A stretch of DNA of 49,453 bases, from assembly GCA_036388375.1 (NCBI GenBank), contig DASVRX010000188.1:1-49453 (forward strand), in the 5' to 3' direction. Position numbers and translations under genes: made by a program. Below the pieces are notes generated by a model. That model worked only from the letters and a program-made list of their open reading frames with translations, was not told the DNA's origin and searched no databases. The DNA comes from Pedobacter sp. Its GTDB lineage: Bacteria; Bacteroidota; Bacteroidia; Sphingobacteriales; Sphingobacteriaceae. Position 1 is the stretch's first letter. The number at the start of each line of letters is the position of its first letter. This document shows, piece by piece, positions 9,822 to 20,100 of this stretch.

Positions 9822-11939
9822 ATGAGCGATAACCTATTTCCCGATAATTGGGGTTTGCAGGACGTAGCGGATGCTTCGCCGCTGTCTCCCAGTTTTCCAT
9901 CATTTCCTTTTTCTGCTAATGACGGTACTTCTACCCTTGCTTACGTCGATCAATATGTGCACCAAAATAATGCAGATTACGAGTTTACCGCAATACAATC
10001 AAACACTATTGCAGGGAGCTTCTTTGTAGGAATACCTCCAATTAAGGTAACCAGAAGTATTGTAGTGATACGCGAGCCCGCGTGTGAGACCGATATAATT
10101 CCAACCCAAATAGGTCTATATCAAGAAAGTAATGGCATTGCTGGCAACCAACCAAATGAACTTCTCGCAACAATTTACATTTACATATCTAAGAACTCAC
10201 TTAAGTTAGATTATCTATATAAGTGTAGTGAAAGCAATCTTAATGAGAATGAAATTCTGTTGTTTCTAGAAGATAACTCTGATGATTATGGTACTCAAAA
10301 GCTTTTGATTCGATTTGGTTCAGAAAAGTTGAAGCCACTGTTTTTAAATTTAAAACCAAACGGTGAAACTTTAAAAATTATAACCGAGTTGACACCTGAT
10401 TTTAACTACACTTTACTTAAAAACTTGTGTGACGACGGCATTCTTGAATTAAAATCCGAAAAATTACAGGCAATAGTGCAAGGAATGTTATGGATTTCGA
10501 CATTTTTTGAAGTACCTAAAGCAGTTGGGAACTTAGTTACACAGGTGGGGGATCTAATATCTAATAATCTAAGAATCACGGAATCATTTTGGGATTCCAA
10601 AAATAAAGAGTACTTTGAAAATAAGGAAGTTCTTCTAAAAGCTTTACAGATTGATCGTGGATTTCTGAGTAATTTCGCCACACAAGTATCCAATTTTCAA
10701 CATGTATTAGTTCTTGTAACGCCTGCTGGGAAAGAATTCGTATCCTCACAAGTTACCTTTGTAGATCTGATACTCACAACCTATAACCAATTTATTGAAG
10801 ATGTCTTTGATTTTGCGTTTGATGAAAAGGGAGGCCCATTTGACGGCATGCTAACCTTTTCGGAACGGGTGGCCTTCTTCAGTGGAATATGGAATGGCAT
10901 CATTGATTTTGTCGCAGACATTTTCAAGTTCATTGGATTTATTTTTGGAGCGTCATTTGATATTACTAAAAATTTTGACGATCTTCTTAATGCACGAGAT
11001 CTGATAAGGGAGGCTATCGAGAATTTTTCTATTTTAGATTTTTTTATTACTTGTGTAAAACTTTACATAGATTCACTTATAGAAATAAAAAAAATCTTTT
11101 TTTCAGAAAATCTCCGTGAAGATTATAACCTTGACCGAGTTGCGTACACCGGCGGATACGGTATTGCCTTCTTAGCTTCATTAGTAATTGGGGGTGAGAT
11201 TACTTCAATCTCGTCAATTTCAAAATTTAGCAAATTTATTCCTGATGACTTTTTAAAAGCAATTAATCTCAAAGGTAAGTTGGACATTAAAGGTCCAAGA
11301 GCTATAATGGCCTTAATACGTGATATTGCAGAACTTCTTAGTAAAAAAGGCTCAGAATTATATAATGAGCTAAAAAAAATCTTCGATAAAATTATAGAGT
11401 GGTTCAAAGCGAATAGGAAAGTATTTGAAAGTAAATTAGATGATGTAAAAAAATATCTTAAAAAGGCAAGACGAATACGATATTCTACTACTAGTATGCT
11501 TAAAAAATACTCTGGAGAGGCAACTGGAAGTGGATGGTGCGCCCCCAGCGCAGTTCGATATTTGGACGAATTGGAGAGGGCTCAATTCGAATTAGCAATT
11601 GTGGATGGAAAATTTTATAGTGCTGAAGGTATGCTGTTTGACACCACAATTACCAAAACTATTTTTAGCAATCAGAGGGCTATTTTTGTAATGTCTAAAG
11701 AGGGAAGAATTTACGCATCCACATCACATATTCCTAAGAAGTTTCACCACTCCAGTTTTTTGGCAGGTGAAGCAGTCGCTAGTGCAGGCGAATTAAAAGT
11801 CATTAATGGAGTACTTGTAGAAGTTACACGTAAAAGTGGTCATTATCGCCCTACGCCAGCACTTAACAATCAATTTGTTAAGCACCTAGAAACCCTTGGA
11901 ATAGATATTAAAAGCATTAAAATAAGTGATGGATTATAA
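9822..11939 (+). CDS. Polymorphic toxin with C-terminal HHSSFLAG...SGHY (IQM-like) domain
   Basis: Trunk homologous to 42579-45083 (NEIxLFxE, GIxNGxIx, DxxAYxxGY); unrelated C-terminus IFVMSKEGRIY...FHHSSFLAGEAVASAGEL...SGHYRP; small overlapping gene immediately downstream. Confidence 0.75.
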   Translation: MSDNLFPDNWGLQDVADASPLSPSFPSFPFSANDGTSTLAYVDQYVHQNNADYEFTAIQSNTIAGSFFVGIPPIKVTRSIVVIREPACETDIIPTQIGLYQESNGIAGNQPNELLATIYIYISKNSLKLDYLYKCSESNLNENEILLFLEDNSDDYGTQKLLIRFGSEKLKPLFLNLKPNGETLKIITELTPDFNYTLLKNLCDDGILELKSEKLQAIVQGMLWISTFFEVPKAVGNLVTQVGDLISNNLRITESFWDSKNKEYFENKEVLLKALQIDRGFLSNFATQVSNFQHVLVLVTPAGKEFVSSQVTFVDLILTTYNQFIEDVFDFAFDEKGGPFDGMLTFSERVAFFSGIWNGIIDFVADIFKFIGFIFGASFDITKNFDDLLNARDLIREAIENFSILDFFITCVKLYIDSLIEIKKIFFSENLREDYNLDRVAYTGGYGIAFLASLVIGGEITSISSISKFSKFIPDDFLKAINLKGKLDIKGPRAIMALIRDIAELLSKKGSELYNELKKIFDKIIEWFKANRKVFESKLDDVKKYLKKARRIRYSTTSMLKKYSGEATGSGWCAPSAVRYLDELERAQFELAIVDGKFYSAEGMLFDTTITKTIFSNQRAIFVMSKEGRIYASTSHIPKKFHHSSFLAGEAVASAGELKVINGVLVEVTRKSGHYRPTPALNNQFVKHLETLGIDIKSIKISDGL

Positions 11940-12252
11940 TATAAAACAAATGGATAAAAAAGAATTACAGATACCAATTTTCGCTCTTTACAACTTTCAA
12001 TCTCTGGAAGACATACTTCTAACAATTGATGATGCAGACTTTTTGAAAAAATCGTACTCTTTACAAGAACGGATGAATCTTTATGACGCGCTAAAGTGGG
12101 CGAAGGATAATCCAAAATATGATTTTAAGAGCATTATGGCGGATGCTCCAATTCCGCACAAGCTAAAGGTATCCAATGCAGATATTTACAAATACCTATT
12201 GAATTTTAAAATATTTATGGAATCTGAAGAATATAAGATTCTATCTGAATAA
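11926..12252 (+). CDS. Candidate cognate immunity protein
   Basis: 108 aa, overlaps the toxin stop codon; assignment is positional. Confidence 0.6.
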   Translation: MMDYNIKQMDKKELQIPIFALYNFQSLEDILLTIDDADFLKKSYSLQERMNLYDALKWAKDNPKYDFKSIMADAPIPHKLKVSNADIYKYLLNFKIFMESEEYKILSE

Positions 12253-12280
12253 GGCCGTAATAGTTGAAAAATTTACTAGG

Positions 12281-12976
12281 ATGTTAAAAAAGGATTTAAA
12301 CGAGTACATAATTTCTGGCTTAAAAAATTTTTTTGAAGTCAATGGTTATAAACTCAAAAAAACGAGCGAGTTAATTATGTTTGTAAAAAATGTTAATGAC
12401 GGTTTTCAAGACATAGCCATATCGTCTACTAATTACTACGACACGCACTTTTTAAGCTTCGGCTATTCAAAGAGGGTTAACATGATTGAAAATGTGCTGC
12501 TAGATCTCGAAAAAGAATTTATACCTAATATGTTTCATCTTTCCAAAAGCAATTCCACTTATTATTTAAATGTAAGCTATAATCAGGCGTTACCAAGCTG
12601 GTTGAAACAAGAGATAAAAACAGAACATGATGTTGATAAATATATAAATTGGATTATACAGTATACGGACAAACATGCATTTGATAGATTTGAATATCTG
12701 GATGACGTAAAAACTGTTGATAGCGAGATTAATGGGGATAATTTTTGGCTAGATGAGATAAACAAACCCTTTGGACTGCATAGATTTGATGTTTATCGAA
12801 TAGTTATTGCAAAATTAGCAAAAAGTCCTGATGAATTCGAAAACTTTAAAAATGATTTACTGGCTATCGAAGAAAAACGTCTTGAGCAGATAAGACAATC
12901 TGATGAGAAATATAAAGATTTAGAAAACTGGTTTGTTCCCAAAATTCTTACTCATTTAGAGAAAATTGTAAACTAA
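12281..12976 (+). CDS. Hypothetical protein, possible orphan immunity protein
   Basis: 231 aa, co-oriented 28 nt after the immunity candidate; no catalytic motif recognised. Confidence 0.5.
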   Translation: MLKKDLNEYIISGLKNFFEVNGYKLKKTSELIMFVKNVNDGFQDIAISSTNYYDTHFLSFGYSKRVNMIENVLLDLEKEFIPNMFHLSKSNSTYYLNVSYNQALPSWLKQEIKTEHDVDKYINWIIQYTDKHAFDRFEYLDDVKTVDSEINGDNFWLDEINKPFGLHRFDVYRIVIAKLAKSPDEFENFKNDLLAIEEKRLEQIRQSDEKYKDLENWFVPKILTHLEKIVN

Positions 12977-13081
12977 GCAGGACCTTCTTCATACTATGAC
13001 ATCAACGAAGTGATTTTCATTTAGCCACTGACACGTCACGACCAGATATTAAACTTTAATTGCTTTATAGATACCCATTTT

Positions 13082-14980
13082 ATGAAAGAAACCAAAGATG
13101 ATACATTTCGAGCAGGCATTTGCATGGCCGGAGCCGTATCTGCGGGAGCTTATACCGCAGGCGTAATGGACTATCTGCTTGAAGCACTTGAACATTGGGA
13201 ACGTGCAAAAAAATTGCAGCAAGAAGGAAAATTATCAGGAATCCCAAAACATAATTTTATGATTGAAGTGTTAGGCGGGGCCTCGGCAGGCGGTATGACT
13301 GCGGCTATTACTGCGGCAGCGGTCCAGGAAAACTTTGCTCCGGTTACGCAGGCTGCTGCCAAGGATAATTCAGTAACAGCAGCAAACCCCATTTACAATT
13401 CCTGGGTGAATCTAAAAGAAAAAAGTGACGGCGATGGCAAGCTTGACATGATGGATTTCATGCTTGCGACTGATGACATTGAAAACGACAGCGAACATAA
13501 TTCATGTCGTGAAGTCCGCGCTGGGTTCAACTCAGTTTTCGTCGAGGAACTTGCGTCAGCAGTACTTGACAAAAAATATTCCAGCCGGTACAAAAGGCCG
13601 TACATAGCGAAAGATGCTGATATATTTACTACGATCACCAATTTACGTGGATTCTCCTATAAAGTGACCTTCCAAACCTCATCAGGAAGCAGGGAACACA
13701 GAATGAAAATGCATCGCGACTTTGCTTTTTTTAAATTGAATCATAATGAAAACGACCTGTCAGAGGATACTTCTTCAGAAGCCAGTACTGCCACAACTTC
13801 GGAAGAGCTGCCAAATGATGGAAGGATCCCGGTCAATTTCTCAACCGGACTTAACACTGATGTCCTGAAACAAGCTGCCATGGCGACCGGTGCTTTTCCT
13901 GTTGGACTTGAAAGCAGGGATCTGAAAAGGCAACGTGAATACATTGAACGTAACAAATACCTCAACCTGATCCTTGCAGGCGGAAGTGCTGAAGGTGTCG
14001 AATATGAGTTTCTGCCCAAGGGCGATTTTCTATCGTTGAACGTTGATGGCGGTGTTATCAATAATGAACCTTACGAACTCACGCAGCAATTGCTCGACGA
14101 CAGGCGAAAATCAACAGAACCTTCGTACGAAACAAAGACAAGCGCGTCCGAGTTTGATTCAATGGTGCTTATGATAGATCCGTTTCCGAATGATGAAGAT
14201 GTTGCGGAACCTGAAGATTTCATTCCAAAAAAAGCATGGAAAAATGTTGTGCCTGCAATTCTTTCGGCCATGCGCGGAGAGCTGATGATGAAAGATGAGC
14301 AGGTTCGGCGGGCTTACCTTAGTAACGATTATACAAGGTTCCTGTTAATGCCCGTTCGCGAAAAAGAGAAATTCACTATCGCATGTGGCTCTTTGGGCGG
14401 CTTTGGCGGATTCTTCTCAAAAGATTTCAGGAAGCACGATTTCTTTCTTGGACGACGAAATTGCCAGCGCTTTCTGCAGCATCATTTCACCGTTCCGGAG
14501 AATGCTGGCAATCCCATTTTAAAATTTGGCTACAGCGACTCCACCTTTGGAAAGCAAAATTCAAATGGTGAAATGTATTTACCTATTTTACCAGACCTAC
14601 GGGTTGAGGGAGATGATACTGTAGGCTATCGCATTGCAGTGCCTAATGAGGAGTCCATATATCCCTATCCAAAAATTAAACTATCTTATATTCTTGGACT
14701 TGAGAAGAAATTTAAGAAAAGGATAAAGTGCGTGTTTGACAATATAGGCAACCCCAAGACAGACGCAGCAGCCAGTGAAGCAGAAAAAAGCCCAATTGTG
14801 CGACGGCTTCGAAAAAAATCTTGGCTAAATAAGCTAACCAGTCCAATCAAAGGCAAATTTACCGACCTCTATCTTTCGATTGGAAAAAGCTTTGGCAAAG
14901 ATATGGCCGCCGAGTTTTTTATTGATGCAATCATTACCGATATGGAGAAACGGGGACTGCTCGAAGATGACAAAAAGTAA
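13082..14980 (+). CDS. Patatin-like phospholipase
   Basis: Gly-rich MAGAVSAGAY, nucleophile elbow GASAG, catalytic DGG (VDGGVINNEP), MATGAFP motif. Confidence 0.85.
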   Translation: MKETKDDTFRAGICMAGAVSAGAYTAGVMDYLLEALEHWERAKKLQQEGKLSGIPKHNFMIEVLGGASAGGMTAAITAAAVQENFAPVTQAAAKDNSVTAANPIYNSWVNLKEKSDGDGKLDMMDFMLATDDIENDSEHNSCREVRAGFNSVFVEELASAVLDKKYSSRYKRPYIAKDADIFTTITNLRGFSYKVTFQTSSGSREHRMKMHRDFAFFKLNHNENDLSEDTSSEASTATTSEELPNDGRIPVNFSTGLNTDVLKQAAMATGAFPVGLESRDLKRQREYIERNKYLNLILAGGSAEGVEYEFLPKGDFLSLNVDGGVINNEPYELTQQLLDDRRKSTEPSYETKTSASEFDSMVLMIDPFPNDEDVAEPEDFIPKKAWKNVVPAILSAMRGELMMKDEQVRRAYLSNDYTRFLLMPVREKEKFTIACGSLGGFGGFFSKDFRKHDFFLGRRNCQRFLQHHFTVPENAGNPILKFGYSDSTFGKQNSNGEMYLPILPDLRVEGDDTVGYRIAVPNEESIYPYPKIKLSYILGLEKKFKKRIKCVFDNIGNPKTDAAASEAEKSPIVRRLRKKSWLNKLTSPIKGKFTDLYLSIGKSFGKDMAAEFFIDAIITDMEKRGLLEDDKK

Positions 14981-14992
14981 TATTAATCTACA

Positions 14993-15775
14993 ATGGCAAG
15001 TTTAAAGGTTCTAAAAACAGGCAGCTCAGGCGCAGAAGTAAAAAAGTGGCAGTACTTTTTAATTGGCCAGGAATTCTATGCAGGAAAAGCAGATGGCGAT
15101 TTTGGGCCTCGCACTATGGAGGCAACGATCAAATTTCAAAGGAAACATCGGCTTACAGCAGACGGAATTGTAGGAAATCAATCCTATGCCACTGCAATGC
15201 TGCTTGGCTTTGGATTAATTGAGGATAACAGTAGCGAAAAATTCAGCGCAGGCTGGCCACCAAAACCAGATTTTAAACCTTTGCTTACAGACGATGAAAA
15301 ACGAAAGCTTTTTGGAAAATTCTCGTTCGTTCACTCCCCTATTCCGTCTTGTGCAGAACATATTAAAGTCACCGACGGTTGGCAGGCAGCTAATATTATA
15401 GGAATCAATATTCCGCAGATATCGAAAATAGCAGGAATCAGCAAAACTTACTTCCATAAGAAAGCCGCTTTACAGTTACAGAAACTATGGGTTGAGTGGG
15501 AAGAAGCTGGTTTGTTACATCTAGTCTTAACCTGGGGCGGAACTTACAATCCGCGGTTTATTCGCGGCAGCAGGAAAACATTAAGCAATCACGCCTTTGG
15601 AACTGCTTTCGATATAAATATAGCGTGGAACAGGTTAGGAACTGTTCCTGCCTTAGCAAACAAAATAGGATCAGTAAGGGAACTTGTCACTATTGCCAAC
15701 AATAATGGATTTTATTGGGGCGGACATTTCACAAGGCAAGATGGGATGCACTTTGAGGTGGCGAAATTAATCTAG
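14993..15775 (+). CDS. Peptidoglycan-binding domain + M15 family metallopeptidase (endolysin-like)
   Basis: PG_binding_1 pattern (GSSGAEVKKWQ...ADGDFGPRT...FQ...LTADGIVG); M15 motifs SNHAFGTAFD and DGMHFE; no signal peptide. Confidence 0.85.
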   Translation: MASLKVLKTGSSGAEVKKWQYFLIGQEFYAGKADGDFGPRTMEATIKFQRKHRLTADGIVGNQSYATAMLLGFGLIEDNSSEKFSAGWPPKPDFKPLLTDDEKRKLFGKFSFVHSPIPSCAEHIKVTDGWQAANIIGINIPQISKIAGISKTYFHKKAALQLQKLWVEWEEAGLLHLVLTWGGTYNPRFIRGSRKTLSNHAFGTAFDINIAWNRLGTVPALANKIGSVRELVTIANNNGFYWGGHFTRQDGMHFEVAKLI

Positions 15776-15893
15776 TTAGTTTGGGTAGAATTTGTAAGTA
15801 GCAAATTATTACCTTCTCTAAACAAAAATAATTATATACTTGGAAAACTTCTCGAAATAAGCACAGCCAAGCTACAATTTTAAAATTGATTTA

Positions 15894-17126
15894 ATGAAGA
15901 TTCTACATACCTCCGACTGGCATATTGGACAACTATTCCATGAGTATGATCGTACTCTCGAGCACCAAAAATTTTTAAGCTGGTTAGTGGGCGTTCTACA
16001 GAACGAGAAGATTGATGTATTACTTATCAGCGGAGATGTCTTTGATCTTTCTAATCCGGGAGCAGCGTCAGTAACAATGTTCTATTCTTTTCTCAACCAC
16101 GCAGTAAAATCTAACCCTGATATACAAATAATCATTACAGCGGGGAATCACGATTCAGCATCACGATTAGAAGCACCTAAACCACTATTAGAATCATCAA
16201 ACATACACATTGTTGGATTCATTGAGAAAGATGCTGACGGACTTATAAACTACAACAAACTTACCATTCCTATTCGGGATGCTTTCGGAGAAATTAAAGC
16301 ATGGTGTCTCGCTATACCATTTTTGCGTACAGGCGACTACCCACTTATACCGAATTGTACAAATCAATATACTGAGGGAGTAGCAGCGTTATATAAAGAA
16401 GCGTTCGAGTATGCTGAGCATAAAAAGCAGCAGGGACAAGTTATCATTGCGATGGGTCATCTTCATACTCATCAAGCTGAAATAACAGATCTTGATAAAA
16501 CTGAAAGGCTAATCATGGGAGGCGTTGAATGCGTTCCGGCGTCTGCGTTTCATCAGGATATCAAATATGTGGCTTTGGGCCACATCCATAAATCGCAACG
16601 TATTGGGGGCAAGGAGCATATTCGATATTGCGGCAGCCCCTTGCCTATGTCATTTTCAGAACTTAATTATATTCATCAAATCATCGTATTTGAACTTGAT
16701 GAAGAGGTTAGCAACTTGAGATTATTAGAAATTCCGCTATTTGTCTCTCTCTTACGAATTTCACTGACTGCGAAACCCTTACACGAAGTACTAAACCTCC
16801 TAGAACAGTTGCCGTTGATGGACAACACTCCTGAAAACGCTCCTTACCTCGAAGTGAGAGTGTTATTGGATGGGCCAGAACCTGCATTACGACATAAAAT
16901 AGAAACCGCGATAGCAGGAAAGCGGGTGAGACTTGCGAAAATCGACGTAAAGTATCCTACAGCAGACCAACATAATAATGAATTTGTTACACAAGATAAA
17001 CTGAATGATCTACAGCCAGTAGATGTGTTTACAAAAGTATTTCAGTCGAAATACAACACGGAAGTGCCATCTGACATCTTACAGCTCTTTCAGCAAGTAG
17101 CACAAGAACAAAATCAAGTAGAATAG
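15894..17126 (+). CDS. sbcD: Exonuclease SbcCD subunit D
   Basis: Phosphoesterase motifs HTSDWHIG, SGDVFD, AGNHDS, GHIH, RYCGSPLPMSFSE; directly upstream of sbcC. Confidence 0.93.
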   Translation: MKILHTSDWHIGQLFHEYDRTLEHQKFLSWLVGVLQNEKIDVLLISGDVFDLSNPGAASVTMFYSFLNHAVKSNPDIQIIITAGNHDSASRLEAPKPLLESSNIHIVGFIEKDADGLINYNKLTIPIRDAFGEIKAWCLAIPFLRTGDYPLIPNCTNQYTEGVAALYKEAFEYAEHKKQQGQVIIAMGHLHTHQAEITDLDKTERLIMGGVECVPASAFHQDIKYVALGHIHKSQRIGGKEHIRYCGSPLPMSFSELNYIHQIIVFELDEEVSNLRLLEIPLFVSLLRISLTAKPLHEVLNLLEQLPLMDNTPENAPYLEVRVLLDGPEPALRHKIETAIAGKRVRLAKIDVKYPTADQHNNEFVTQDKLNDLQPVDVFTKVFQSKYNTEVPSDILQLFQQVAQEQNQVE

Positions 17127-17129
17127 AAA

Positions 17130-20100
17130 ATGAAGATTTTAGCGATACGTATTAAAAACTTAGCCTCTTTAGAAGGAATAACGGAAATTGATTTTACGGC
17201 AGAGCCCTTGTGTTCTGCGGGTATTTTCGCAATTACAGGAGCTACTGGCGCTGGCAAATCTACTATTCTTGACGCACTTTGCCTTGCATTGTATGGCAAA
17301 ACACCCCGATACATCCAAGCTAAGGAAGCTGGCATTGAAGTGCAGGATGTACAAGGAAGCACTCTTGGTCAGGGAGATGTTCGAGGTATTCTACGGGATG
17401 GATGTGCAGAGGGTTTCGCGGAGGCGGATTTCAGGGGTACCGATGGACAAAACTATCGTGCAACATGGAGCGTCAGGCGGGCAAGAAATAAAGCCGAAGG
17501 AAGTCTACAGTCCGATTCTGTTTGCCTAAAGAATATCACCTCGAATTTAGATGTTCCTGGCAGAAAACAAGAAACCTTAAATGAAATAGCGCGTTTGGTA
17601 GGCCTAAGCTTCGATCAATTTACACGATCTGTTTTATTAGCACAGGGAGACTTTTCGGCATTTATGAAAGCCAGTAAAGATGAAAAATCCTCACTGTTAG
17701 AACGGCTTACAGGAACAGAGATTTACTCTGAAATTTCTAAAAAAATCTTTGAAAATTACAGATCCGAAGAGCAGCAACTTCGGGAGCTTAATCTTCGAAA
17801 GGATGGTATCGCGATACTCAATGACGAAGAATTAAAAGCAATATCAGAAGATCAAGATACTTTAAACCTTCAGATAAAAATTCTAGAGAAGGTAATTGTT
17901 GAATTGACTGACGAAATCAACTGGCATGAACAATTGTCGAACTTTCAAACCAGTTATGACGAAAGCCAGAAAGCCTTTCTACTTGCAGTCGAGGCTAAAG
18001 CTACTGCCCTACCACGCAAACTAAAACTCACTCTGGTTGATCAGGCGCAGCAATGCAGAAGTGCGGCAGACGCTTTACAACGCGCACTACAGCAACATGG
18101 AGATAAAGCAAAAGCCCTAACAGAACTACATGATAGGTTCGTTTTATTAGACGAACAAAAAGAAGATATCAAAACAAAGTTCGCGCTTGCTGATAATGAA
18201 TTCGCACAAAAGAATAGTAACCTTGTCGAGGCGCTGCCACAATTGGAAGAGGCCAAAAAACTCGACGTACTGCTGTCGGAGAAGAGTGAACAAGTTGTTA
18301 ACCTCAAGGGGGAAGTACAGACCTCTTCTGAAGCAAAAACACAGCATCAGACCTTACTGGTAAGCAAGAAAGAAGAAGTTACTACTCTTTGTGATCAGAT
18401 AAGAAGCATCGCCGACTGGAAGTCCGAAAATTCGGATCGTGAAGCCATAGCGCAAAATAAAGACCTGATTCTCTCGAAATTACAGGATGCACAAAAAATC
18501 TTGGAAATCGTACAGGATGCAAGCGAAAAATTGAATCATTTACAAAACAAAATCGAAGCCGAACAAGCAGAAAAATCGGAAGTCGAAGCCACGTGGGGCC
18601 ATCAGTCACAAAACCTGGAGCAACTAAATAAAAATTTTGACGTCCTTGCCAAAGAGCTGTTACTGATCCCAATCGAAGCCCTCACCCTTAACAAATCTGA
18701 GACTGATTTTCAGATAGAAAATATTTTAAGAGCACAGGCTAAATGGCAAGTATATTACGTTGCGCTGGAGGAATTAAACAGTCTAAACCAAAAACAGGTA
18801 CAAGATAAGGCAGATCATAAAATCAAGCAGGAAGCATTGTCACAACTTATCGAACGCCTACCTGTTGAAAAGGCTCAAAAAGATATTTGTCAAGAGCTCT
18901 TACAGCAAGCACGATTGGCATCTGCAGAAAGTGTAGAGACACTGCGAGCCACATTGGTTGACAATATGCCATGTCCGGTCTGCGGTAGCATTAATCATCC
19001 CTACGCCCTTCACAATCCACAATTGGAAAAGGTGCTCATACAATTAGAAAAATCGTTTGAAGAAACGGAACAGGTATACCTTGCCAGTTACAGGCGGTAT
19101 AGTGCCTTGCAACAAGAATGCGACACCTTGAACCAAACCATCGAACGGCAAAATGAGAACGCAGTCCTGAAACAGGAATCGCTCCAAGCTAAAAAGCAGG
19201 ACTGGGAGCAATTCGATACCGTTATAGAAAACGATGAAGTAACCGACGAAAAAAAAGCAGCATGGTTTAACATCAAATTGCAATCTCTTAAGGATAAACA
19301 GGCTGCGTTGGTGGCAGAGATTGAAGTCTATGCAGGAAAAAAAAATCAACTGGAATCCGACAAAGCTCGAATATCCCAACTGAAAGACAGTACAAATATT
19401 CTTGCTAGCCAAATTAAAGATATTATTAGCCGCCTCGCCGTATACCAGGAACAACGAACCAATAAAACCAATGAACAAGACAAGGCTAACGCGGACCTTG
19501 TTGAGTTAGAAAGAATGCTCTCCCCTTATTTTGTCGCGTCGGATTGGATGGAAAACCGGGAATCTAACCCTATTGGGTTCGTTGAACGCATTGAAGCATT
19601 TGCCCAAAAATGGACAGACCATAACGAAAAACTGGAGCAGTACATCGGACAGAAGGTAGCCTTGGAGGCAACGCTAAAAGAATTGGAAAATCAGGGCATT
19701 AGGTTTTCATCAGAAGCTAGTAAAAAAATGGAGTCGTACCTTACACAACACAGCATACTACTCGGGTTGTCTGAAGAGCGCCAATCAATATTTGAAGGAC
19801 ACCCTGCTGATGAAATCGAAACACTTTTAAAAACAGCGGTCTCTGCAGCGCAGCAGCACGTGCAGCAACTAAAAGAAGATAGACAAAAACTGGACCTTGA
19901 GATTACAAAGGCCCAGACGCAAAAAGAAGAGTTGGTCGCGACAATAACCGCTTTGGAAACGGATGCCAAGGCTTCGTCCCAAGAAATTCAAGACTGGCTC
20001 ACCGCATACAATGAAAAGAACAATCAAACTATTACTAATGATGCGCTTCTTGAATTATTAGTCCTCGACGACGAATGGCGCAATATGGAACGAGCGGCGT

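Noticed and set aside
13082-14980. CBASS CapV-type effector
   Set aside because: No CD-NTase cyclase nearby, and the protein is much longer than CapV.
14993-15775. Prophage lysis gene
   Set aside because: No capsid, tail, terminase, integrase or holin genes in the window.
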